Assembly: GCF_000315625.1 (NCBI RefSeq)
Contig: NW_005434661.1
Span: forward strand, 5,764-69,763
Origin: Guillardia theta CCMP2712
Taxonomy: Eukaryota > Protista > Cryptophyta
Direction: 5' to 3'
Length of the DNA stretch: 64,000 nucleotides
Under the pieces are notes generated by a model. The model had not been told where the DNA came from. It saw only the letters and a list, made by a program, of their open reading frames with translations, and made no database searches. The translations under genes and the position numbers were made by a program. Each line of letters begins with the position of its first letter. The first letter of the stretch is position 1. This document shows positions 27,401 through 38,146 of the stretch, one piece after another.

Positions 27401-28295
27401 ACAAGGGAGCAGGAGGAGCACATCGTTGACCGTCTGATGAACTCGCTGCTCGCTCTCCCTGTCGAGTCGCTTCTCCCGGAAGAGATCGCACTAATCTCTT
27501 GGTCCTCTGCCGTCCTCAACGTCCAGGTAACCGCGACCCTCCTCTTCCTTCCTTCCCTCTCACCCCTACTACTCTCCTCTTCACTCCTCTCAACCTTTGC
27601 CCTCCTCTTCCTGCTTCTCTCCTGTTCCTCTCCTGTTCCTCCCCTTACGTTCCGCGCAGAGGCCTCAGTTTGTTGGGTGGCTGCTTGAAGGCCTCGACCT
27701 TCATCTTGCCAGCATGGACTCCAATTTCCGTCGCCAGGCGTATCAGTTTCTTCTCACCTGTGAGCTGGAGGGCTGGCTGGACCCCAGTCGAGGTCTGCTG
27801 AAGGCGAAGCCGTGCCAACCTCCCCCACGAGGAGGAAGAGAGAAGAAGGCGCGGGCTAGCGTGACGCTGGAACGAGGAAGCGTGACTCTAGAGCTCGAGA
27901 TGGAGCAGCACAAGCCGTCCCGCCTGCAGAAGGACGTGGCGGCGATCTTGTCGGAGATGCAGATTGAGTTTGTGGAGGAGTTCATCGACGAGAGGAGCGG
28001 TTACTCGCTCGACCTCCTCCTGCGCGACAAGCGCACGGCGATCGAGGTCGACGGGCCCTCGCACTTCATCGTGGGGACGCACATCCCCCTCGGCAAGACG
28101 GTGATGAAGCACCGGCACATGCAGCAGCTCGGGTTCGACCTCCGCATTCTCCCCTACTGGTACATGCGAGGAGGAGGAGAGGAGGAGTTGGCTGACGAGA
28201 GTTACAGGGAGTGGGATCAGCTAAAGGGGAAGGAGCAGAAGAAGGAGTACATCCGTCGCCTGCTGACCTCCACCCCCTCTGTCATCCTCCTGTAG
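24433..28295 (+). CDS. plastid-targeted helical-repeat (HPR/OPR-like) RNA-binding protein with C-terminal RAP domain
   Basis: ATA-F presequence; many ~38-aa repeats of the type F..QAISIIVNAFAKLQIRDEALF; RAP motif SRLQKDVA...YSLD...AIEVDGPSHF...MKHRHM...LPYW/EWDQL. Confidence 0.85.
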
Positions 28296-28441
28296 ATTAT
28301 GTAGATAGGTTCTCATGATCTTGTATCCTAATGTACAATAGATGACCTGCGTATACCGCCATTCCTTCTCCTCCTCCTCCTCCTCCTCCTCCTCCTCCTC
28401 GTCTACTTCTTCTTGGCTGTCTTCCGGTCTCCCGCCTGTAC

Positions 28442-28625
28442 TCAAGTCACATGCAGCACGAGCTTCTGCTCTCGTACCCTCGTCGACTTCTTCTTGATTG
28501 AGTTGCGATCCGCGTACACGTCCTCCAGCTCCTCCAGCACCTGAACGCCCGTCAACCTCCTCTCCCCTCTCCAGCTCCAGCATAGGACAAGGAGAAACCT
28601 AAAGAGGAGCAGGAGCAGGAGCAGG

Positions 28626-28668
<43 letters not shown>

Positions 28669-30115
28669 AACCCCTGACTGGCTCGCTTACCTCATCGTAG
28701 TCGAAGGACTGCTGGCTGCCGCTGCTGAACTCTGAGTCCGAGTCTTCCCTCGCCATGCCCAGGTCCAGCCCCAGCCTGAAGCTCTTTGAGTGGACGAGTA
28801 ACAGCGAGGAGCAGATACGAGGAGGAGGAGAGGAGAAGACAGGAGTGGAGAGCAGGGCAGAGGAGGGGAGGGGAGGGGAGGGGAGAGAAGAGGAGGATAT
28901 CGACCTTCTATCTTTCCGCATGACTCTCTTCGGGATGGTGACGCGTCGCTGATGGGAACTGGAGGGCCACATGACGGACTTGAGGGTGTCGGCGACAAGT
29001 TTCTCAGGGATGAGGCCGACGAGAGGAACGCCCGAGAGAGTTTTGTGCTTCCTTCCCGCCTTGTGGCCACGTCAGAGGAGAGGATGGATGGAGGAGCAAG
29101 AGTGGAGGAGGAAGCACAGGAGCAGGAGCAGGAGGAAGATGAGCGGGGTTTGATGAAAAACAAAACAATGAGCAGGAGGAACAGACAGAGTTGTACAGAC
29201 TTGAAGGCAAGGCAAGGAAAGGAAAGGAAAGGAAAGGAAAGGCAAGAGGAGTGGGGAGGGTTGGCGACTAACCTCGATAGATTCAAGACTGTCTTCTAGA
29301 GGAGACGCGAGGGCTTCTGAGAGATAAACCTCCTCCTCCTGATCCAGTTCGACCTGCTGCACGTGAGGAAGAGAGGAGGAGGAGAGAAGGAAAAGAGAAG
29401 ACATTACCATGTACCCATCCTCTGCGCTTGCTGCCTTGTCCTTCTTCTTCCTTTGGCTCTCCTTCTCCTTCTCCTTCTCCTTCTCCTTCTCCCCTTCTCC
29501 TCCTTCTCATCCCTCTGCTCGCTCTTCAAATTCTTCGTGCTGCCCGCTGCTGCTGCTTCACCAAAGTGAACTGGAAGAGCTGCTGGGCGGCCGTTGGTGT
29601 TGACAGGAGGAGCAGGGACATCCGCTGCGTCCTGCGGAACAAATGAGAGGGGAGGAGGGAGAAGAGTAGACGAGAAAGGGAGGAGGGAGGAGGAACAGAG
29701 GGGAGAGAGGAAGAGAACGGGAGGAGGGTGGGAGGAGGGAGAAGAGAAGAAGAGGAAGGGATGAGAGAAGGAATGGAACAAGAGAGGAAGAGTGGGAGGA
29801 GGAGGAAGGAGGGAGGAGAGAGGAAGGGAGGAGGAGGAAGGAGGGAGGAGAGAGGAAGAGAGGAGGAAGGAGGGAGGAGAGAGGAAGAGAAGGGAGGAGG
29901 GAGGAGGGAGGAGGGAGGAGGGAGGAGGGAGGAGGGAGGAGGAGGAGGGAGGAGGGAGGAGAGAGGAAGAGGAGGGAGGAGGGAGGAGGGAGGAGGAGGA
30001 GGAGAGAATGACCTGTACATGCCGAGAGACAGACTTGAGTCGGTGCAGGAGTCGATCTTTCATCTCCAACACTCCTCTCTGCAGCAAGTCATAAGAACCT
30101 TCTTCCCCCCCTTTT

Positions 30116-30153
<38 letters not shown>

Positions 30154-31804
30154 CCCTGCCCCTGCCCCTTCCCCTGCCCCTGCTGCTGCTGCTGCCCCTG
30201 CCCCTGCCCCTGCCCCTGCCCCTGCCCCTGCCCCTGCCCCTGCACCTGCTCCTGCTCCTGCTCCTTCCTTCTATCCTCCTCATTGCAGTGGATCGTACCT
30301 TGGCCTTGAGCCAGAGGTAGCGCGTCTGATCAGAAGAGAGCAGTCGAGGCTTCTCCAGCTTCTCCTCCTGCTCGTCCCTCCCGCTGCACAGCTCGGATAT
30401 TCTTCTCAGCCTGTCCTCCAGCTCCACCGCAGTCTTGACATCCATCTGCATGCTCTCCACGGACGGCACCATGCTCTCGTACATGCTCATCAGCGTCTCG
30501 AGGTCCGGCGCCTCCTCCTCCTCCTCCTCTCCCGCCGCTGCTTCTACGGTGTACAGCAGGCACTCCACTGTGAAGTTGACCTGCTCCAAGAATGAGTCCC
30601 TCGCTCTTCGCTCCTCCTCTAGCAGCCCCTCCTCTTCTCCCCCAACGTCTCCTTCCTCCCCTCCTTCACCTCGCGCAAGACGCTGGTCAGGTCATCCTCC
30701 ATCGTGCTCGGCTCGGCGCTCACAGACCGACTGTCCTCTCCGTTCGCCTCCTCGACCAGCAGGGAGCGGACCATGTCCTTGCGCTCCTCGCACTGTAGGA
30801 AGAAGAAGAGGGAAAGTTGAGATGAAGACGAGGAAACAGGAGGAAGGGACGAGGAGAAGGATAGAGATAACGACGAGAGCAGGAAAGAAGGAGAGGAGAG
30901 GAGAAGAGAGGAGAAGAGAGGAGAAGAGAGGAGAGGAGAGGAGAAGAGAGGAGAAGAGAGGAGAAGAGAGGAGAAGAGAGGAGAAGAGAGGAGAAGAGAG
31001 GAGAAGAAGAGGAGAAGAAGAGGAGTAGAGAGGAGAAGAGAGGAGAAGAGAGGAGAACAGAAGAGAAGAAGAGGAGAGGAGAGGAGAGGAGAAAAAACAG
31101 ATGAGAAGAGTAGGAGAAGAAGGAGAAGGAGAAGGAGAAGGAGAAGAGGAAACAAGATGAGGAGGAGAAAATGGGCACAGGGGATAGAGGACCATGGCAT
31201 GTACGAAGATAAGAACGTCCCGCCACTGGGCCATAATCTCCAGGATCTGAGGGAGAGCAAGTGAGAAAGCTAAGTCAAGTGTAAAGCAGAAGGAGATTGG
31301 GAGGGAGGGAGAAAAAGGAGGGAAGGAAGGAGTGAGTGAACGAGGGAGAGAGAGGGAGAGGTAAGGAGCGGAAGGAGTAGAGCAGAAGCAGGAGAAGGAG
31401 CCAGAGGGGTAAGAGGATCAAGGAGGAGAAGGAGAAGCAGGAGAAGGAGATTGGGAGGGAGAAGGAGAACAAGGAGGAGGAGGAGGAGAAGGAGGACTTG
31501 AAGGGGGAAAGACCTCATGGTCTAGGTCATCGTGGGCTGTTGGGTCGAGGAAGTGAACGCGAAATGAGCGAAATCGATAAAGTTCGTGCATGAGCCCTGG
31601 AGGACAATATGAGACAGCAGGAGAAGAGGAAGGAGAGCGAGAAGCGACAAGGGGAGATGCGGAACAGGCAGGGGAACAGCAATTAGTAGGAGCAATGGAA
31701 CCAGGAGAGAAGGAGGAGAAGGAGGAGGAGGAGGAGGAGGAATGGCAGGGGCAGCAGCAGGATGATCAGATGCGCAGAAGAAGGAGCGGCGGTAGCGGCA
31801 GAAC

Positions 31805-31835
<31 letters not shown>

Positions 31836-34194
31836 CGAGGACGAGGAGCAGCAGCAGGAGCAGGAAGGGCAGGAGGATCAGACAAGCAGTGGCAGGAGCA
31901 GCAGGGGAGCAGGAGGTCAGTCAGTGGACATACTCTGGCGTAGGAACCCGATCTTCTTGTGGTAATCCTCAAGTTTGACTCGCAGCCGCTGCTCGTGCTC
32001 GACGCACTTGTCGTAACTGCTCGTAACGGACCTCAGCTTTCTCTCCAGCTCGCCCTCCTTCGAGCTCGTCCCGTGACCGTACAATGACTGCGCCGTCTCC
32101 TGCAGCTGGGAATCAGCAGGGAAAGGGAGGGAGGAGAAGGGAGGGAGAAGACTGGTGAGATAGAGACGTCAAGAGGATGTTCGACCAGGAAGATGGGAGA
32201 GAGGATGAGAGAGGAGGAGCAAGACCTGTAGGAGAGCTCTCTCTCTTCTCAGCTCCTCGCAACGAGCTTCTCCGTCTCTCACTGTCTCCTCCCAGGTCTG
32301 TCGAACTCCTCGGAGTCCTACGAACAGAGACACCAGCCTGCCCAGCCGTCATCCCCCTCCTCCTCCTCCCCCTCCTCCCCTTTCTCCTCTTCTTGCTTCT
32401 CCTTTGCCCCTCCATCCTCTTCGTTCGTCCCTCCATTTTCTTCTTCCTCCTCTCCTCCTATACCTGTCGATGTCCGTATCGCCTGCTCAGCCTTATCAAC
32501 ACGAAGAAAGAAAGTATCGGGCAAGACGGAGAGTGGTCGAGGGGTAGGAAGGAAACAACTTTGGAAGCGACACTCTAGCAGGAGGGGCAAGAGGACGAGG
32601 ATGGAGGGAAGGGAGAGAATGAGACCTAGCTTGCAGATCATCATATCGAACGTCTCCTCGTACAATTTGATCTTCCTCTGCAGCTCCACTCGTCGTGGGG
32701 ACTGCACGTTCTGGTCGTACATCTAACAGGCTAAGGGGTCAGCTGGAACGCAGGTGGGAGGAGCAGAGGCCGCAAACCTTCTCGAGCTTCTTCTCCATCT
32801 CCTTGTAGGATTTCTCTGCGTTCACGACGTTGCTCTTGAGCTCGTTGGTGTGCCTTGCAAGGCTCCTCCTCTCTTCCAGCTCCTCCTCGTACCGCACCCT
32901 CATCGTGTGAATCATCAGCTTCAGCTCCTTCAGCTCGTTCGTTTTCAGCTCCTTTTCCACCCGCGGGACCTGCAGACTCTTCAAATATAGCACGCGAGTC
33001 CCTCCTCGACTTCTCCTCCTCCTCCTCCTCCTCCTCCTCCTTCCCTCCTCTTCCTCCTTCCCTCCTCGTCCTCGTTCTTGTCCTCGTCCTATCGTCAATC
33101 TCCTCTCTCACCTCGTCACGTAATTTGAGCTTCAGCGCCATCAGGTCCATGTTGTGCTTCTTCACGCTCTTCTCCAGCTTCGCCAGCTCCTCCTTGTCCT
33201 CCTTGCTGAACTTTGTCAACCTGTTGGCGAGGTGCTCGTAGCGGCTGTTCTCGTATTGCACCAGCTTTATGGACCGCAGGGTCTCGTCGAGCTTCTTCTG
33301 CACTCTCTCCCTCCTCCCGTCCACTTCCCCGCCCTCGATCTTGGTCGCCGCCACAGCCTTCACGTCGGCGTTCTCGTTCTTACAAGCTTCCAGCGCCTTC
33401 TCTTTCTCCATGAGCTGCTTGTGCCCCTCGTTGTATCTCTTGGACAGCTTCAGCACAAGTTCCCTACCCTGCCCCAGCAGCTTCTCAGCTGCCTCCTCGG
33501 TCAGAAGCCGCGGGCTCTCCATGCAGGGATGTGACAGCTCGGGCGCCTCGTCCTCGAACTTGGAGAACTTCTTTCTCTCCTGCTCAGCGAACTGCCGCAC
33601 CGCGTCCTCCCTCCACTCCCTGAAGGACGCGCTCTTCTCCCGTACTAGCAGCGACTCCCTGGCTGCTGAGGGGTCGAGGAAGTTGTTCTCGTGCCACAGG
33701 ATGCTGGTGTTGAACGGCAGCTGTGCTCGCCCCGCGTGACCTTTCAGCCTGCTGAGCGACTGCTCGAGCCTTGCTCGGCATTGTTCGGCATGCTCTTCAG
33801 CGGCAAGATCGCTCCTCTCCTTCTGCCTCTTCTTCATTCCTATTCTCGACTTTTTCTTGGGCTTCAGCAGCATCGTAATGGGCGGCAGCGACCCGTACAT
33901 CTGAGAACCTCCTGAAGCCTCCACCGCCTCCTCGTTCTCTTCTGTCTTGTCCGCACTGCCCTCGTTCCTCGTCAGCTTCTTCTGCGGCATCACCTTCCTC
34001 ATCTCATCGTAGGCAAGTTTGCCTGCCTCTGTGAAGAGCGAGGGAATCTTGCTGTCCTCGGTCTTGAGGAGACTGGACGAAAGCTGCACCTCAAACCCCT
34101 GCCTCCCCAGATGACCAAAATCCCATCCCACAGGAGGACAGCTTGAGCTCCGAGTGCGCTCTTCTTCGACGGCATGTCTTCTCCCTCTACTCAC
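28442..34194 (-). CDS. long coiled-coil hypothetical protein, many exons separated by low-complexity introns
   Basis: 487-aa E/K-rich ORF 32731-34194 plus a series of GT-AG bounded coding exons down to ~28442; gene boundaries and possible split into two genes uncertain. Confidence 0.5.
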
Positions 34195-34310
34195 AGACTG
34201 GAATTGCTGTTGTGCTCGTCTTACTGAACCACCATGTGCTCGTCTTACTGAACCACCATGTGCCTTCTCGCTCTCAAGTCTCTGCGACGATTCTGCGCTT
34301 CTTTCTCTCC

Positions 34311-34322
34311 CTGCCTGGCTGG

Positions 34323-34365
<43 letters not shown>

Positions 34366-34390
34366 GCTGCCTGCCTGCCTGCCTGCCTGG

Positions 34391-34488
<98 letters not shown>
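34311..34488. repeat. (CCTG)n/(TCTG)n microsatellite
   Basis: Direct reading. Confidence 0.95.
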
Positions 34489-34854
34489 TGCCTTGGCTCT
34501 TCTTCTGTCTCAAGTTGATCTTGAACGCATTCCGCCGGCGGTTGGTTTGAGATCGAAAAAAAAAGATAAAAAGAGTCATTTCTTTCATTGACAGTTGGCA
34601 GGCCGGCCCCGGGCTGCTCAGCCGACAAGCCGGGCCGCTGAAACTGAGTCACGAGTCACGAGTCACGAGTTGAGCAGCCCAGGCGGCCCGATTCACGATC
34701 GGGTCGAATAAAGCAGGGAAGAAAATATCGTGGAAAAAATTGTATGCAATGCGATAAAAATGTTCTTATACACTAAACAGGAGAGGCACTATAGAGAGAT
34801 CGGATGGCTGACTGGATGACTGAGAAAGAATAACTGAAAGTACATACTGTTCTA

Positions 34855-35974
34855 CTATAGCTTCAGAGTGATGCTACATCGCCATGCCGTAGTCAGGCTT
34901 CGGAGTCGCCAGTCGTGCCACCGCCGCCGTAAGGCTGCTGCTGCGAGAAATTGCGATTCGAAATATCCCCAAGGGCTTGACGGATCATCTATACACGGAT
35001 CATACTCCGCACCGCCTCTCTTGACCCACCTGCCGCATATCCTCCGCAAGCTCGCGCATGCTTGCCTTGAGGTCGCGCACCTCGTTCTTGACCTCCTGGC
35101 ACAACCGTGAGCTCCTCCATTTCTGTCAAGATCAGTTTCGGTTCACCGATAGCCCCGTATCCATCTTGCTCTCGAGCTCCTGCACCTCGTTCTTGACCTC
35201 CTGCACCTCGTTCTTGACCTCCTGGCACAATCGTGAGCTCCTCCATTTCTGTCAAGATCAGTTTCTCACCTGCACCTCTTTCTCGAGCTCCTGCACATCC
35301 TTTCTGACAGGCTCCTGCCCCATTCTTGTCAATCCCTCGGAGTGGCCGCCTCAAGGCTGACTTGAGCCTCCGCTACCAACACCGTGCTCTACATACCGTG
35401 TGTTTCTCCACAGTTTGAACGACGTCGTCTCGAAGTTCTTTCAAAGGAGCGAGTCACCGATGTCGAGAATTAGGGGCATCATCATCATCTCAACCTTGAG
35501 GCTTGTTCTCACGTCATTGAACATGCTATAGACAGTCTGAAGCTCCGCGTAACAAAGGAAGATTGGTACTCCGCACTGGGCTAGTAAGATGTTAGCCTCC
35601 TTGGCCAGCTGCCATTGCTTAGCAATATGAGTGGCGATGTCGACGAAGACCGCCTTGTCTCCTGCGACTATCAAGCCCATCGCCACCAGCCTGGTGTTGC
35701 TGCTTTCAGCCTGGTCCGGTGGCCACATTTGTTGCCTGAGCGACAAAGCAGTTTCAAGTTGCCAGAGCTTCAGTACAATCCTAAAGGTACATTGAGTGAT
35801 TTCAAAATGTACAAGATCATTTTCCATCAGAACAAGACGCTCTAGCTGCTTTCTGGCATCCTCGTCCTCCTCTCTACCGTATGTATCTAAGGCAATGACG
35901 AGCGAACCGTACGTTGCTTCTTCCGAAGAATCGTCAAGGTCCAGCGCGCATTGCAAAATTTCTCTCAAATTCAT
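34855..35974 (-). CDS. hypothetical protein with C-terminal coiled-coil repeats (QEVKNEV)
   Basis: 177-aa ORF 35441-35974 followed by short exons encoding QEVKNEVQEVKNEVQELE and QEVKNEVRDLKASMRELAEDMRQ; linkage inferred. Confidence 0.4.
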
Positions 35975-36649
35975 GATTGGGGTAATAGGTAAGATTCGAA
36001 AATAGAGGTCGAACTAAACGTCGCAGTTTATGTTGTACGTTTTGCTTCCTTCAGAAATCCCTTTGAGTTGACTCGATCTCCCCGCGACGAAAATGTTGTT
36101 GTATGCACTGCGATATGTACAAGTATTGATATATGAAAGATCTTCTATCTTTGAAACCTCAACATCTCGACTGTGATAGGCGGAAGGTTGGTATTGACTT
36201 GACTTTCAAGGCTGTTACGAGACTTGTTTTGATTCAGCTTGCGGATGATTTTCCCTGCCGCACTCCCATGCTTCGACCTTTTGGCCATGGCGAACGTAGA
36301 AGCCTGAGACAGCAGCGCGTTTCTCAGGGTAGGATCTCTTTCTTTTCCTGGTAGGATCTAGCTTTCCATTTTGGTAGCAAAAATACCGGTACTATCACCT
36401 ACGCCAGTGTCACAGGATGGGGTCGGTGGTCTACCTGCCGCAGTCTATAATAGATAAACGCCACGAATCTATCTACCACGGGTACTCTCCCTCATGATGT
36501 GACATGATGTGACGGAATATGTGAATACCCTTCTGAACGACGAACTAAGTTTTCGCACAGAACTGCCGTCGTATGATTGAGAGCCGCGACTCTCCGTCAT
36601 ACAACGGCAGTTGTTTTTTTTTGCCAAATTGTCTTCGGATGTTGTTGGA

Positions 36650-36846
36650 GCCTTACATGAATCCTACCAAATGATGCCAGTCAGTCACTTCAATGATCAC
36701 ATGTCGTAAACATCGGATCATAATGGAGGCAGGCACCGGGCAGGCAGGCAGGCAGGGAATTAGGCATCGAGTCCCGAGGGACGCAGTCTGGGTAGGGAGG
36801 GGGCGACAACAATCATTGAATTCACCTCAGGGGCGACGTAGGTGAT
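36650..36846 (-). ncRNA. candidate Fanzor omegaRNA (scaffold ~36846/36826 to ~36672, putative guide ~36671 to ~36650)
   Basis: Directly downstream of the Fanzor stop; stems 36812-36820/36689-36697 and 36804-36808/36702-36706, hairpin 36771-36782, pseudoknot-compatible GAUGCC(36768-63)/GGCAUC(36678-73); boundaries are inferred. Confidence 0.55.
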
Positions 36847-37580
36847 TCGGTCTTTCAGGAAACACATTGAAACAAGTGAGTATATTCAGTGCAGCATTCA
36901 AGTCCCTGGATTTGATCGGCTTTCCTTTACAGCTGTCACGATAACAGTTAGATGAAAAGGTGAATTACAGGAGTATACAAAACTTGACATTACCTCGATG
37001 ATCTGCAAAATTTCAATCCTCGTACTTCACTTTTCCTTGTTTTCAACCTACAGGTCTCGTCTGGTTCTTTCCCTGTATTTTCAATCCGTCGAAGCACATC
37101 GAGCTCAGAACCACAATCGTTACAGCACTTGGTAGTACGGTATTCGTCAACATCTACGACTCTGTAGTGATTCTCGAATCTTCTTCTTATCCACCTGACC
37201 GGTACAGGCCTTTCTCCTCGACGTCCTGTAGACGGGAACCTTGCATTTCCATATGCGATAACAGGTTCTATTTCTCCCTTTCCTTTCATTGTACGGATAA
37301 ACCTGTCGACTGACTTTCGTTTCGAAATGTAGATGTCGAATTTCATCCTGGCGTATTTTCGCTTTGAATAATGCGAAGTTAACTCCTCCCAATGACTTGT
37401 AACTGCAAGAAGATAGTCTTCGAATCTTGATAGACTGCCGCCAGACTTACTCGAGAACCCCTTGAGATAGTGCAATGTCGATTGAATATCTTGATCCCAC
37501 GTCTTTCTTTTCTTTTTATTGCGATTCAGATGTGACTCGTGATAATATTGTTTTCTCGAAAACTGAAATCTTTTTCTGAT
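36827..37580 (-). CDS. Fanzor1 (TnpB-like RNA-guided endonuclease), C-terminal part with one intron; 5' part lost in N gap
   Basis: Open frame from the gap: FSRKQYYHESHLN...VIAYGNARF...RPVP...VDEYRTTKCCNDC...VRGLKFC; intron 36933-36993 (GT-AG); then SCKGKPIKSRDLNAALNI...RPNHLRRP*; contains RuvC-II Glu, zinc finger and RuvC-III Asp. Confidence 0.92.
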
Positions 37581-37681
37581 NNNNNNNNNNNNNNNNNNNN
37601 NNNNNNNNNNNNNNNNNNNNNNNNNNNNNNNNNNNNNNNNNNNNNNNNNNNNNNNNNNNNNNNNNNNNNNNNNNNNNNNNT

Positions 37682-38146
37682 AATGCTGCTAAGCATGCAA
37701 ATAATGATTACGATTTTGATATTCATATTTATGGCACTAAACTTGATACATTCCTTTATTCTTGTGAATGTGGTCTCCTTCTTACTCGACAGCTGCTTCA
37801 TATTCATCAAAAAACTACTAAACATTCTTTCACACCATGTCGTGACATCAAGGCTAAACCTTCACATGCGCATATCCCTAATCTCCATTTTGATCCAAAG
37901 GATCCACTCGTCTATGTTTATGATTCATTCATCTTTCAATGCCATTGTGGATTAATACTCAACACTCATTTAATGACTTTGCATCTTACAGTTTGTGATC
38001 ATGAATTCGATCTTCTTGATGACATCTATAAACACAAATCCGATGATCTTATTCCACAAGCGTGTATTGAATATGATGATAACTTATTTCAACAGTCTGA
38101 TACTCCTCTACAAAAACAATTCATTGATTTAGAAATCCTTGATTAA
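37682..38146 (+). CDS. virus-type zinc-finger protein, 5'-truncated by gap (absent from ORF track)
   Basis: Stop-free frame from the gap: ...YSCECGLLLTRQLLHIHQKTTKH...FQCHCGLILNTHLMTLHLTVCDH...LEILD*. Confidence 0.7.
   Translation, partial: NAAKHANNDYDFDIHIYGTKLDTFLYSCECGLLLTRQLLHIHQKTTKHSFTPCRDIKAKPSHAHIPNLHFDPKDPLVYVYDSFIFQCHCGLILNTHLMTLHLTVCDHEFDLLDDIYKHKSDDLIPQACIEYDDNLFQQSDTPLQKQFIDLEILD

Noticed and set aside
29404-31520. Many S/L/P- or R/E/G-rich ORFs
   Set aside because: Purine/pyrimidine low-complexity intron sequence lacking stop codons; not independent genes
34143-34652. ORFs with LPAC/RQAG repeats
   Set aside because: Microsatellite translation
36325-36378. TGGTAGGAT matches to the putative Fanzor guide (also ~51371) as natural targets
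   Set aside because: Only ~9-nt identity within a common repeat-like motif; insufficient without a defined guide boundary and TAM
37526-37955. Track ORFs bridging the gap next to Fanzor as its N-terminus
   Set aside because: They are in frames other than the Fanzor frame and cross a gap of unknown size; the sequence right of the gap codes on the + strand for a zinc-finger protein
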